In this document: in pieces, positions 1 to 10,231 of the stretch | Numbering within the stretch: position 1 is the first letter of the stretch | Layout of the letters: each line of letters begins with the position of its first letter | Translations under genes and position numbers: made by a program | The notes under the pieces: generated by a model | The model's input: the letters and a program-made list of their open reading frames with translations, nothing else | Databases searched by the model: none | Told to the model about the DNA's origin: nothing | Origin: Gammaproteobacteria bacterium | Lineage (GTDB): Bacteria; Pseudomonadota; Gammaproteobacteria; UBA4575 | Direction of reading: 5' to 3' | Length of the DNA: 64,000 bases | Assembly (NCBI GenBank): GCA_965243395.1 | Contig: CBDEUS010000001.1 | Location: 960,001-1,024,000 of the forward strand

Positions 1-272
1 CAGATAATTTATAATTATTGAGATGAAAGTTATAAAACGACTGAAAAATCGGTCTATCGAGAAATCTGAACAGACTTCAGGGTTTGCCTCATGGAGGCCT
101 TCTTTACTTATTTGCGCTATACGCAAAATATGCCGAAATTTTCGTAAGCATAGCCTGCTTTATGATATATCTCTTACTTTAGCCTTATCTCCCTACCATT
201 AGTTAACCATATCGCCACCAACCGTAGTTTCTGTATTAGGCTATAGAGCTTCTTCCCTGCTAAAGTTATTCA

Positions 273-911
273 ATGCTGAGACTAATCTCTAAAAAGCTTT
301 TTAAGCTCTTTATTCTCTTGTTTTTGGTTCTTGGTTTCCTGGTATTGGGAAATCTATATACATACCAAAGATTAACTTCAGAAAAGCCAATCGCTCAGCT
401 AACTTTTACTCCTGTCAGTGAACAAGTCTTCGATGCAACACTAAGATTGGGCAATTTTTGCGAAGAAAACGTCTATCGAATCTATGGAGATGAATGGCGT
501 ATTGATTCTCAATTTTTGAAATGGAAGTCCTGGGCGACACTATTTGGTTTAGACGCAATGTATCGAATTGATAGATTATCAGGTCGTTATACAAATATTA
601 ATGATGAAAATTCAAAGACTCATAGTGCGCATAACTTAAAAACGGAATCCACGCTTGATCTAAGTAAGATTGCAGAGCGCTATCAAAACGAATTCCCTCC
701 TGTAGATACCATTTATGGAAGCTCTGCATATCAAAAAATGAAGCCGAATATCTTATATACGGTTTTTGCCGCACAATCTGGAATTCTAATACGTGAAAAC
801 GAATTAGATACTTCTTTAGAACCTAATACTTGTATTGATTCCAAATCAAAGTTGAAAGAGTATGTTGTAAGTCTAGATCAAAGGCTTGCTTCATTTATAC
901 AATCAATATAA
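273..911 (+). CDS. Membrane-anchored hypothetical protein
   Basis: 212-aa ORF with an N-terminal hydrophobic helix, then a soluble domain (YQRLTxE, GDEWRID, RLSGRY); function not recognised. Confidence 0.7.
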   Translation: MLRLISKKLFKLFILLFLVLGFLVLGNLYTYQRLTSEKPIAQLTFTPVSEQVFDATLRLGNFCEENVYRIYGDEWRIDSQFLKWKSWATLFGLDAMYRIDRLSGRYTNINDENSKTHSAHNLKTESTLDLSKIAERYQNEFPPVDTIYGSSAYQKMKPNILYTVFAAQSGILIRENELDTSLEPNTCIDSKSKLKEYVVSLDQRLASFIQSI

Positions 912-1009
912 TTCTCTTAACAAATTAACAGTATTTGTATAATAAATAGTTGAATGTATACTAAAGAAACTTCTACGTAGCTGCACTTGGTTGGGATCTG
1001 TGGGGACAT

Positions 1010-1486
1010 ATGGGGCTGTCTTTTAGAAAAGCATTGAATTCTGATTTTGATGCAGTAATTACCCTTTCAAAGGAAACGATCGATAAAAGCTATCGATATT
1101 GGTTAGGCGATCGAATAGTTAATCAATACTTAGCAACAGATAGTCTTGATAGACATATCAAAAATAATATCGAAAACGTATGGCTTGCCAGCGATGATAA
1201 CGAGATTATTGGTTTTGCGATTTGTATAGAAAACATAATCGAATTTATGCTTGTTGGTTATAATTATCAACGAAAAGGATATGGCTCACAGATTTTAGAA
1301 TTTTGTGAAAACATGCTTTTGCAAAAATATGAAACCATTGCACTTGAAAGTTTCGAAAAAAATACAAATGCAAATGCATTTTATAACTCGAACGAGTGGA
1401 AGATGGTAAACAAGTATATAGATACAAAATCATTGTCTACCAAACTAATTTTTTCCAAGAAAAAATCTGAAGGAATTTTAAACTAG
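1010..1486 (+). CDS. GNAT-family N-acetyltransferase
   Basis: Acetyl-CoA motif A (YQRKGYGSQIL) and NxxAxxFY...W motif B. Confidence 0.85.
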   Translation: MGLSFRKALNSDFDAVITLSKETIDKSYRYWLGDRIVNQYLATDSLDRHIKNNIENVWLASDDNEIIGFAICIENIIEFMLVGYNYQRKGYGSQILEFCENMLLQKYETIALESFEKNTNANAFYNSNEWKMVNKYIDTKSLSTKLIFSKKKSEGILN

Positions 1487-1576
1487 TACTTATCTATAGC
1501 ATTAAAATCTATCCGCAGTATTCATAATCCTGACTAGTTAGATCATCAAATAAAAATTGAATTGCGATCTAAAAAG

Positions 1577-2896
1577 TCAAAACTTATAAATCGCTTGCAA
1601 ACTAAGGATATTTACATTCGGGTCTTCATACTCGCCTACCAAGTTACTTGTACCTGCTCCACTTGCTATTGGTGTTGATAGATCCACCTCGGCATCATCG
1701 ATTAATATGTGAGTGAACCCTACGTCTAATTGTAAATTTTCATTTGGATGATAGCTCGCACCAATGGCTAACCAATTACGGTCTTCATCAGGTATACGTG
1801 GCGTTCTAAATTCATCATTGGTTGGAGATTCGTCAAACATATATCCTGCACGAAACGTCCACTTATCAGAATAATAGTAATCAACGCCAATGTTTGCAGA
1901 GTAGGTATTTTCCCAATTCAGCTCCAATATTGAATCAGGTAATCCATCTGTCTTAATTACAATTTCTTGTAACCTATTCCAGCGTGTCCATCTAAAGCCA
2001 ATTGATAATCCCCATTTAGAAGAAAGTTCTTTATAAATACCTGCATGAATAGTTTCTGGCAAAGTTGCCCGGGCCGAAACATCCGCTGAAAAATTACCAC
2101 CCAGTGCTGGTACTCCCTCTATATCATTATCATCTCCATCTAATTTATGACTTATTTTTGATCTGAAACCAATTCCTGCGCGAAAAGTAGGATCAGGATG
2201 ATACATAAATCCAATATTCCAACCGTAACTCCAGTCATCACCTTTAACTTCAGTGAAGCCATCAGGCGCACCGGGTCCATTAGACAATGCTTGGCTTAAG
2301 GTTGCGTCTGCATACTCTGCCACTAAACCTGCTCCAACTGAGAATGAATCCGAAACCCTATAAGCTAACGAGGGATTAACGTTAACAGTGATTAATTCTG
2401 ATTCTTTAGCTTGATATCTACCCACCCAATCTCGGTCATAATCCGTTGCAAGCCCAAATGGTGAAGAAATTGAAAATCCATATTTAAGTCGATCTGTGAG
2501 ATCCATTGTAAAATAAAGGTTAGGCACAACAGCAAAAGTTGCACCATCATCATTTTCGCCGGTATTGGGAATAACAAGTGCCCCACCACCAAATACCGTA
2601 TTATTTGCTCCATCTTCAGCATCAAACCTAGATTTCCCATCTATTAGATAGCCAGAAACTTGAATTTGAGTACCCTTCTTTAAAGTCAATCCAGCCGGAT
2701 TATAAAAAGCATTAGATAGATCATCATTAATTACACCAAAGCCCGCAAAAGCACGACCCATACCCGTTCCACTCTGTTCACTAATTTGAAATCCTGCACC
2801 AAATGCAGTTGAAGAAAGCGTGCAGACAAGAACCGTAGCAAAATGAAGCTTTGCTTTAGACAATACTTGAGTTATGAATTTCATATACTCCTCCAT
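1577..2896 (-). CDS. fadL: OmpP1/FadL-family outer-membrane long-chain fatty acid transporter
   Basis: Signal peptide, then AGFQISEQS...GRAFAG...NPAG; RTPRIPD near the C-terminus; terminal Phe of a beta-barrel. True start may be the second Met (2884). Confidence 0.9.
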   Translation of the reverse strand: MEEYMKFITQVLSKAKLHFATVLVCTLSSTAFGAGFQISEQSGTGMGRAFAGFGVINDDLSNAFYNPAGLTLKKGTQIQVSGYLIDGKSRFDAEDGANNTVFGGGALVIPNTGENDDGATFAVVPNLYFTMDLTDRLKYGFSISSPFGLATDYDRDWVGRYQAKESELITVNVNPSLAYRVSDSFSVGAGLVAEYADATLSQALSNGPGAPDGFTEVKGDDWSYGWNIGFMYHPDPTFRAGIGFRSKISHKLDGDDNDIEGVPALGGNFSADVSARATLPETIHAGIYKELSSKWGLSIGFRWTRWNRLQEIVIKTDGLPDSILELNWENTYSANIGVDYYYSDKWTFRAGYMFDESPTNDEFRTPRIPDEDRNWLAIGASYHPNENLQLDVGFTHILIDDAEVDLSTPIASGAGTSNLVGEYEDPNVNILSLQAIYKF

Positions 2897-3058
2897 TTGT
2901 ATAAGCTAAATACTTATTATTTGTTTGTGGCTAATTTAGCTATTTGCAGCATTGTAACAAAATCTGTCTGCCTACAGGGTTCTAAATTTTCAAAGCAATC
3001 AATCAGTTAAGGTGTAAACTACAGAATTTTTATATCTGTCCTATACGCAGCTCTTAAA

Positions 3059-3742
3059 ATGGATCAAATTTCATTCGTAGTCCCAGTATTGAATGAGCAG
3101 GATAACTTAATCAAGCAAGAAGCTTTATTTGTATCACTGCTTCAAGAAGGACATGAGATCATTATTGTGGATGGTGGAAGTACCGATAATTCTCTAGAAA
3201 TTGCAAAAAGTATTGGTTGCAATTGTGTCTCAACGGTAGCTTCACGAGGCCACCAGCAACATGCAGGTGCGAAAAATAGCTCTAATAATATTTTAGTATT
3301 TTTACATGCAGATACCTTTCTGCCTACACATGTAATAAAGAATATTTTTGGTGCTTTGGATCACCCCAAGATTCACTGGGGTCGTTTTAGCGTGTCTTTT
3401 TCTAACAAAAAATTAATATTCAAAATTATTGCTTGGCTAATGAATATACGTAGCTGCTTAACCGGAATTGTTACAGGAGACCATGTATTTTTTATCAAGC
3501 GTGAAACTTATTTCGAATGTGGAGGTTTTTCTGATATTCCAATCATGGAGGATGTCGAGCTTAGTAAAAGATTAAAAAAATACTCTAGACCCGTTTGTAT
3601 CAGATCAAAAGTAATCACGTCTAGCCGCAAATGGGAACAACATGGAGTACTAAAAACAATTGTTTTAATGTGGCGTTTGCGTTTGCTTTATTTCATTGGA
3701 GTGCCTGCTGAAACATTAGCAAACCAATATTACTCCAGATAA
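3059..3742 (+). CDS. GT2 glycosyltransferase, TIGR04283-like
   Basis: VVPVLNE, VDGGSTD, FLHADT, GD(H), MEDVEL and TSSRKW motifs; paired with a DUF2064 gene. Confidence 0.85.
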   Translation: MDQISFVVPVLNEQDNLIKQEALFVSLLQEGHEIIIVDGGSTDNSLEIAKSIGCNCVSTVASRGHQQHAGAKNSSNNILVFLHADTFLPTHVIKNIFGALDHPKIHWGRFSVSFSNKKLIFKIIAWLMNIRSCLTGIVTGDHVFFIKRETYFECGGFSDIPIMEDVELSKRLKKYSRPVCIRSKVITSSRKWEQHGVLKTIVLMWRLRLLYFIGVPAETLANQYYSR

Positions 3743-3746
3743 AAAA

Positions 3747-4376
3747 ATGAAATCAGAAAATATACTTATATATTTTTGCAAACATCCTGAACCAGGAATG
3801 GTGAAATCTAGGTTGGCAAAAGATTTAACAGAAAAAAAAGCAGCCAGGATTTATAAAATATTATTAAAATTTGTTCTACATAATACTCACCAAACAGGTA
3901 TAAAACATTATTTATACTGTTACCCTAATATAGACCACTCTTTGCTCAAGCAATACGGCAACGAATATGATCTCGAATTAAAAAATCAAGCAAATGGTGA
4001 TTTAGGAACTAAAATGTACCAAGCTATCAACGGGCATTTAAATGAAAATAAAAATGTTGTGTTGATCGGCACAGATTGCCTTGAGTTAGATATTAATTAT
4101 ATAAAGCAAGCCTTCAATTTATTAAATCAGGACAATGACTTGGTTTTAGGTCCAACAGAAGATGGTGGTTATGCGCTGATTGGTGCAAATAAAATTAAAA
4201 AAGAAATTTTTGAAAATATTTCCTGGAGCAGTAATTCTGTAATACTTGAAACCGAGCAGAGAATTTCAAAACTAGGTTGGAAACATATGCTCCTTCCGAG
4301 AGTTCGTGATCTAGATACAGTCGAAGATTATCGTTATTTTTCAACTCACAACAAATATAAACATCTATTCAACTAG
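3747..4376 (+). CDS. DUF2064/TIGR04282-like glycosyltransferase
   Basis: KxPxPGxVKSRL, QxxGDLG, IGTDC, GPTEDGGYALIG and DLDT motifs. Confidence 0.85.
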   Translation: MKSENILIYFCKHPEPGMVKSRLAKDLTEKKAARIYKILLKFVLHNTHQTGIKHYLYCYPNIDHSLLKQYGNEYDLELKNQANGDLGTKMYQAINGHLNENKNVVLIGTDCLELDINYIKQAFNLLNQDNDLVLGPTEDGGYALIGANKIKKEIFENISWSSNSVILETEQRISKLGWKHMLLPRVRDLDTVEDYRYFSTHNKYKHLFN

Positions 4377-5361
4377 CCATTGCTATTTGTTCATGTTCTG
4401 TAACTACCTTCAGAGCTTGGTTAATAACTTCTAGCCCTGCATCCTGAGCATAAATATGCTCACTTAGATAACGTCGCCACGACCTTGCTCCTGGCATTCC
4501 ATTAAATAAACCAAAAATATGCTGGGCAAGGATTTTTAGAGGGATACCATTCTCAAGTTCTGATTGAATATAGCTTTTATATTCATCTAACACATCAGAA
4601 CGCGAGAGAGTGTTAGCCTTAGTATTAAAAATAAATTCATCTACTTCTGATAAAAAATACGGATTGTCATAAGCTTCTCGACCAACCATAACTCCGTCCA
4701 CATGCTGTAAGTGCTCTGATATAGCAGATTTTTCTCGAATTCCACCATTAATAATAAATTTTATCTCGGGTATTTCTTGTTTAAGTCGATACACGTAATC
4801 GTAATGTAGAGGTGGAATCGTTCTATTTTGTCTAGGAGTTAAGCCGGATAATACTGCTTTACGTGCATGCACAATTACCGTTTTGCAACCAGCGGATATA
4901 ACACTTTCTACAAATTTACCAAGAAATTCATAGCTATCTTGATGATCAACTCCAATTCTTGTTTTAACTGTAATTTCAATATTACTTACTTCCTTCATAG
5001 CACGTATACAATTCGCCACGGTTTTTGGTTCAAGCATTAAACATGCTCCAAATTTACCTGCTTGTACGCGATCACTTGGGCAACCTACATTAATATTTAC
5101 TTCATCAAAACCATATTCTTCGGCAAACTCCGTGCATTGCGCCATTTCAGCTGGATTACTTCCACCCAATTGTAATGCAACAGGATTTTCTTGTTCATGT
5201 AATCTCAGCCAACGATCACGATCACCGTAAATTAAAGCTCCTGTAGTAATCATTTCCGTATATAAAAAGCATTTCTTCGACATTAGGCGAGCAAGATAAC
5301 GATAGTGTCTATCTGTGCAGTGCAACATGGGCGCGACACAAAATCTATGCGAGTGAGTCAT
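4369..5361 (-). CDS. dusA: tRNA-dihydrouridine(20/20a) synthase
   Basis: FCVAPM, LYTEM, ALQLGGS, NVGCPSDRVQ, GACLM, VHARKA and GVMVGREAY. Confidence 0.95.
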   Translation of the reverse strand: MTHSHRFCVAPMLHCTDRHYRYLARLMSKKCFLYTEMITTGALIYGDRDRWLRLHEQENPVALQLGGSNPAEMAQCTEFAEEYGFDEVNINVGCPSDRVQAGKFGACLMLEPKTVANCIRAMKEVSNIEITVKTRIGVDHQDSYEFLGKFVESVISAGCKTVIVHARKAVLSGLTPRQNRTIPPLHYDYVYRLKQEIPEIKFIINGGIREKSAISEHLQHVDGVMVGREAYDNPYFLSEVDEFIFNTKANTLSRSDVLDEYKSYIQSELENGIPLKILAQHIFGLFNGMPGARSWRRYLSEHIYAQDAGLEVINQALKVVTEHEQIAMAS

Positions 5362-5369
5362 ATTTATTT

Positions 5370-6746
5370 TTATGAATAATGCTGCTGCAAGAATTCTAAA
5401 ACTGCCCGCAAGCCCATCGCTTCACCACCTTTTGGGCGACCTTCCCTAGCTCGTGTGTTCCATGCCATTACATCAAAATGAACCCACTTAATATCGACAG
5501 GAACAAATTCACTTAAAAATAACGCTGCAGTTATTGCACCACCATAACCACTAGCAGCAGAATTACAAATATCCGCGATATTGCTGTCTAACATATATCG
5601 ATATGGTTTGTGTAAAGGCAAGTACCAGATCGAATCTTGTGTAGATTCTGATGCTTTTGTGAGTTCATTAGCCAATAAGTCATCATTACTAAAAAAAGCA
5701 GGCACTTCTGTTCCCAAAGCAATTCTTGCCGCACCGGTTAATGTTGCAAAATCGATAATCAAATCAGGTTTGCCTTCTACAGCTTTTGTAATGGCATCAC
5801 ATAAAATCAACCGCCCTTCTGCATCCGTATTATCAATTTCAATGGTTTTTCCATTTCTTGAAGGCAAAACATCGCCTGGTCGAAACGCATCTCCTGAAAT
5901 CGCATTTTCTACAGCAGGAACTAAAACATGTAATTGAATCGGAATATTTAACTTCATTATGGCGTAAGCAAGACCTACAACATGTGCAGCTCCACCCATA
6001 TCTTTTTTCATCAATCGCATGCCTTGCGATGATTTAATATCCAAGCCTCCGCTATCAAATGAAACTCCTTTGCCAATTAAGCAAACTTTTGGATGTTTGG
6101 AATCGCCCCAATTAAACTCTATTAATCTTGGAGCATGTACACTGGCTCGGCCGACCGCATGTATGACAGGATAATTTTGATTTAATAAGTCATCCCCTAC
6201 AACTTCTGTTATTGACTGGTTAAATTCTTCAGCAATTGTTTTACATTCATTTGAAATATGTTGCGGCATCATATCGGCAGCAGGAGTATTTACCATATTT
6301 CGAACTGTTGTAATTGCTCGTGCTTGTGCCTCAATAAGATGAATATTTATTGATGAATCAACAAATAGTTTGCATGATCTGCTCTTGGATTTTTTATATT
6401 GACTAAACTGATAAGCGCCCAATATCCAACCCAGGTAAATTTTTTCGTCGTAATTTTGATTCGAAGAAATATGATAGTGACCCGGTGGTAATTGTTTGAC
6501 ACAGGATCCCAATGTCCAAGTAAGATCTTGTTCATCTGCAACGACTACAACACTATCCATAGTGCCTTGTGCATCAGGCACACATAACAATGCACTTCGC
6601 TTAGGTTTAAATTGTGCAGTTTCTATCCAATTTTGTAGCGCATCAGATTGAACTTTCTTCCATGTACTGAATTCAGACTTAAGTACGACATTAATTGGAA
6701 TACTGTTAGTATCCTCTTCAGTATAAAAAAACTCCGTCAAATCCAT
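5370..6746 (-). CDS. M17 leucyl aminopeptidase (PepB-like)
   Basis: GKGVSFDSGG, MKKDMGGAA, NTDAEGRL and ATLTGA metal-binding motifs. Confidence 0.93.
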   Translation of the reverse strand: MDLTEFFYTEEDTNSIPINVVLKSEFSTWKKVQSDALQNWIETAQFKPKRSALLCVPDAQGTMDSVVVVADEQDLTWTLGSCVKQLPPGHYHISSNQNYDEKIYLGWILGAYQFSQYKKSKSRSCKLFVDSSINIHLIEAQARAITTVRNMVNTPAADMMPQHISNECKTIAEEFNQSITEVVGDDLLNQNYPVIHAVGRASVHAPRLIEFNWGDSKHPKVCLIGKGVSFDSGGLDIKSSQGMRLMKKDMGGAAHVVGLAYAIMKLNIPIQLHVLVPAVENAISGDAFRPGDVLPSRNGKTIEIDNTDAEGRLILCDAITKAVEGKPDLIIDFATLTGAARIALGTEVPAFFSNDDLLANELTKASESTQDSIWYLPLHKPYRYMLDSNIADICNSAASGYGGAITAALFLSEFVPVDIKWVHFDVMAWNTRAREGRPKGGEAMGLRAVLEFLQQHYS

Positions 6747-6788
6747 ATTTGGTAAAAATTCCTTTATTAGTAATTAATTAAAGTAAAC

Positions 6789-7712
6789 ATGAACGAGTAT
6801 GCTTTAAAGATTAGTGGTCTAAGCAAGACTTATAAGAATAAAGTGATTGCTTTAAATAATATAGACCTTGAAGTCAAAATGGGTGATTTCTTTGCCTTAT
6901 TAGGTCCAAATGGCGCTGGCAAGTCCACCCTAATTGGCATTCTTACTTCACTAATTAACAAAACCGCTGGCAAAGTCCACATAATGGGGTGTGATATAGA
7001 CACCGAATTCTCTAAAGCAAAAAGCCAAATCGGTTTAGTCCCGCAAGAGTTCAATTTCAACAACTTTGAGCCACTAGTTGAAATAGTAAAAAGTCAGGCG
7101 GGCTATTATGGAATGGAAAAAAGTGTAGCGAGTGATGCTTCAGAAGATTGTTTACAGAAATTAGGTTTATGGGAAAAGCGTAAATCCACTCCGCGTGAAC
7201 TTTCCGGCGGTATGAGACGTAGGCTTATGATTGCACGTGCTTTAGTGCACGACCCGCAACTGCTAATTTTAGACGAACCTACAGCTGGTGTAGATATCGA
7301 AATACGTCGCTCAATGTGGGAACTGCTTAGCAAAATCAATGAAAATGGTAAAACAATTATCTTGACCACTCACTATTTAGAAGAGGCAGAAAGCCTCTGT
7401 AAAAATATAGCTATTATCGATCATGGAAAAATTATCGTAGATACATCAATGCGTGAGCTGCTGGAAAAACTAAATGAAGAAAGTTTTATACTTTATTTAC
7501 AAAAACCAATTTCTAATAATTTAGAACTATCCGAATACCAATTTGTATTGCTAGATAATAAAACTATAGAAATTACATTAACTGATGGAAAATCGCTTCA
7601 TGAACTATTTTCGCTTCTTTATGAACAGGGGATTGAAGTTTTAAGCATCAAAAATAAATCAAACCGTTTAGAAGAACTATTTCTTAAGTTAACCGGTAAT
7701 TCTAGTTCCTAA
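6789..7712 (+). CDS. yadG: ABC-2 type ATP-binding protein
   Basis: GPNGAGKS, LVPQEFNFN, LSGGMRRRLMIARAL, LDEPTAGVD and NRLEELF. Confidence 0.9.
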   Translation: MNEYALKISGLSKTYKNKVIALNNIDLEVKMGDFFALLGPNGAGKSTLIGILTSLINKTAGKVHIMGCDIDTEFSKAKSQIGLVPQEFNFNNFEPLVEIVKSQAGYYGMEKSVASDASEDCLQKLGLWEKRKSTPRELSGGMRRRLMIARALVHDPQLLILDEPTAGVDIEIRRSMWELLSKINENGKTIILTTHYLEEAESLCKNIAIIDHGKIIVDTSMRELLEKLNEESFILYLQKPISNNLELSEYQFVLLDNKTIEITLTDGKSLHELFSLLYEQGIEVLSIKNKSNRLEELFLKLTGNSSS

Positions 7713-7718
7713 TTTAAT

Positions 7719-8492
7719 ATGACATTTAACGAACAATTTATTGCTCTACGCACGATTGTGGTAAAAGAAATTCGGCGCTTCATGAGAATTTGGATTCAGA
7801 CGATTCTTCCCCCTGCAATCACGATGAGTTTATATTTTATTATTATGGGGAAATTTATTGGCTCACAAATTAATGATATTCAAGGTTATTCTTATATAGA
7901 GTTTATTGCTCCTGGGTTGATTATGATGAGTATCATTACTAACTCATATGCTAATTCTGTGTCGTCTTTTTATAGTTCTAAATTTCAGCGTCATATTGAA
8001 GAAATGCTTGTATCCCCTATGCCTAACTACATTATTATTATAGGTTTCATGTTGGGTGGTGTTGCTCGTGGAATTATTGTCGGTATAGCGGTCACTATAG
8101 TTGCACTATTTTTTACAGACTTGGAAATTTACAATATTGGATTAGTTCTAATTACAGTTCTTTTAACATCTGCCCTATTTTCGCTCGCAGGAATTATAAA
8201 TGGAGTTTTTGCTAACAGCTTTGATGATATTTCTATCATTCCGACTTTTGTATTAACACCACTCACTTATTTGGGAGGTGTTTTTTTCAGCATTAATATG
8301 CTCTCAGAATTCTGGCAGACTGTATCTTTAGCTAATCCCATACTTTATATGGTAAACAGTTTCAGACTTAGTATTTTGGGTATTACAGACATAAGCCTGC
8401 AATCAGCTATCACTGTAATGCTTAGTTTTTTTATAGTTTTGTTTTTTATATGCCTCTATCTACTCAATAAAGGCATAGGAATTAGAACTTAA
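7719..8492 (+). CDS. yadH: ABC-2 type permease
   Basis: KEIRRFMRIWIQT, PGLIMMSIITNSY and PLTYLGGVF. Confidence 0.9.
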   Translation: MTFNEQFIALRTIVVKEIRRFMRIWIQTILPPAITMSLYFIIMGKFIGSQINDIQGYSYIEFIAPGLIMMSIITNSYANSVSSFYSSKFQRHIEEMLVSPMPNYIIIIGFMLGGVARGIIVGIAVTIVALFFTDLEIYNIGLVLITVLLTSALFSLAGIINGVFANSFDDISIIPTFVLTPLTYLGGVFFSINMLSEFWQTVSLANPILYMVNSFRLSILGITDISLQSAITVMLSFFIVLFFICLYLLNKGIGIRT

Positions 8493-8504
8493 TATCTTCG
8501 GTGC

Positions 8505-9788
8505 CTAATGGTTTGCCGCTGCCGGGCCACCAATAATTGTATCTTCGATAGAGACTACTGTGTCGCTTGAACCAGCGGTGTCTGTTGGTGATTTCTCACC
8601 AGTGTAGTCTGTTGTATCTATTTGGAACATCATTCTGTAAGGACCGAATGCAATTTTATCGCCATTTTTTAGCACGCACTTTCGTATGCGCCTGCCATTT
8701 ACAAACGAACCATTAGTGCTGACGATATCTTCAATAAAATAGTTATTTTGGAAACGAATTATTTTTGCATGATGTCCACTCACCATTTCATCTTTTAGAC
8801 GTATGTCATTTGTCCCGATTCTGCCAATTGTTGTGGCATCTTCAGTGATTGGATATTCGCGCACCTCGTCATGCATTAGATCAACCAACTTTGCAGGGAT
8901 ATCAAATTCAACTGCTATAGTCGGCTTGCCTTGAAGCGCCTTGATTCCTACGCGTTCATGGTATGGTACCCACTGTAGCTCATTCACTGCTTCTTCAATA
9001 ATTTTAGCCGTTACTGTTTTTTTATTTTCAACAAATGCGCATATTAATGCCGTATCACATAGTGAATTGATTAAACGTGGTATACCGCCAGTATAACGAT
9101 ATATAACGGGAATACATTCATCCTTGATAATTTTAGGAATAGAAGAGGATTTGTTCTTTTTAATACCAGCTACATCTAATCTATGACTAATATAGTTTTG
9201 AATATCATCTTCATCTAATGCAGCAAGGTGAAATCTAAATCGAATCCTCTGGGCCAGTTGCTCCATGCCTGGCGCATCAAGCAGATTTTTAAGTTCTGGT
9301 TGGCCGACTAAAATTAGATTCAAAATCCTCTCTTCGTCAGTTTCCATTCCTGTTAACATCCGAAGTTCTTCTAATACACGTTTGTTTAGGTTTTGGGCTT
9401 CGTCGACGATTAATATTACTTGTCGACCTTCTGCATACTGCTCAAGCAGAAAATCATTAAGCATAGCAATTAGCTCAACTTTTCCTGCTTTGAATGGATC
9501 TAAGCCAAGTTCATTTAATATAGCTTGGAAAAACTCAATTTCATTTAACTGGGTTTGATAAATACGTGCAATGAGTACATTTTCATCAACCGACCTTAAC
9601 AGTTGTTGAATTAGAGTTGTTTTGCCAGAACCAATTTCACCAGTAATCACTACAAAACCATCACGATTCCATACCGTGTATTCCATATAAGATTTGGCAC
9701 GGTTGTGCGCTTTACTCAAGTAGAGAAAGTCTGCATCTGGTGTTAATTGAAATGGCTGATGCTCGAGCCCAAAGTGTTTCAGATACAT
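8505..9788 (-). CDS. ExeA/GspA-like AAA ATPase with a C-terminal FHA domain
   Basis: MYLKHFGLxxxPF start, Walker A GEIGSGKT, Walker B IVDEAQ, LVGQPEL and GGIPRLIN; FHA motifs IGR, VSGHHA and STNGSFVNG. Confidence 0.88.
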   Translation of the reverse strand: MYLKHFGLEHQPFQLTPDADFLYLSKAHNRAKSYMEYTVWNRDGFVVITGEIGSGKTTLIQQLLRSVDENVLIARIYQTQLNEIEFFQAILNELGLDPFKAGKVELIAMLNDFLLEQYAEGRQVILIVDEAQNLNKRVLEELRMLTGMETDEERILNLILVGQPELKNLLDAPGMEQLAQRIRFRFHLAALDEDDIQNYISHRLDVAGIKKNKSSSIPKIIKDECIPVIYRYTGGIPRLINSLCDTALICAFVENKKTVTAKIIEEAVNELQWVPYHERVGIKALQGKPTIAVEFDIPAKLVDLMHDEVREYPITEDATTIGRIGTNDIRLKDEMVSGHHAKIIRFQNNYFIEDIVSTNGSFVNGRRIRKCVLKNGDKIAFGPYRMMFQIDTTDYTGEKSPTDTAGSSDTVVSIEDTIIGGPAAANH

Positions 9789-9873
9789 TCTAAAATGGCC
9801 TCAGTTAAAGATAATAATTCCGTAAATCTTTAAAATTATTGTAATTTATTGTTTCAAAACTATTTGATCACAA

Positions 9874-9916
9874 ATTATAGGGATAATTTATAGCCTGCTT
9901 GGGGACGTAATTCACA
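9874..9916 (-). promoter_or_regulatory. CRP-family class II-like promoter of the ExeA-FHA gene
   Basis: Minus-strand TGTGA-attacg-TCCCC (9901-9916) centred 29.5 bp from the first base of a perfect TATAAT (9874-9879). Confidence 0.5.
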
Positions 9917-9962
9917 AAACATCCTAAAAAACTCATCAACCGAATGAAAAGAATTTTAGTCC

Positions 9963-10006
9963 TTTGATCCAGTTCACGGTCACTAATCACCCGAAAACGC
10001 TATTGT
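9963..10006 (+). promoter_or_regulatory. CRP-family class II-like promoter of the small ORF at 10045
   Basis: TTTGA-tccagt-TCACG (9963-9978) centred 30.5 bp from TATTGT (10001-10006). Confidence 0.45.
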
Positions 10007-10044
10007 TTATCGTCTATAAATAGTTGTATTTACAGTATATTATC

Positions 10045-10203
10045 ATGGAAGAACAAAGAGAAGATGACACTCAAAATCAAATTGATGCTGGACGAGGTGT
10101 CGCTAAAGAACAAAATCCTGATTCAAATAAAAATACCACTCTAAATCAAGAAGATGATGATAATGATCGCCCTGATGAGAGAGCGAGAAAAGCAGGTTAC
10201 TAA
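10045..10203 (+). CDS. Small acidic hypothetical protein, 52 aa (absent from the ORF track)
   Basis: ATG..TAA frame reading MEEQREDDTQNQIDAGRGVAKEQNPDSNKNTTLNQEDDDNDRPDERARKAGY; fills the intergenic gap; no clear SD. Confidence 0.55.
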   Translation: MEEQREDDTQNQIDAGRGVAKEQNPDSNKNTTLNQEDDDNDRPDERARKAGY

Positions 10204-10231
10204 CTAACTGATACAAATTTTTACATTAGTT

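Noticed and set aside
4369-5361. dusA as an integration site for dusA-associated integrase elements
   Set aside because: dusA is intact, flanked by ordinary genes, and has no adjacent integrase or duplicated dusA fragment
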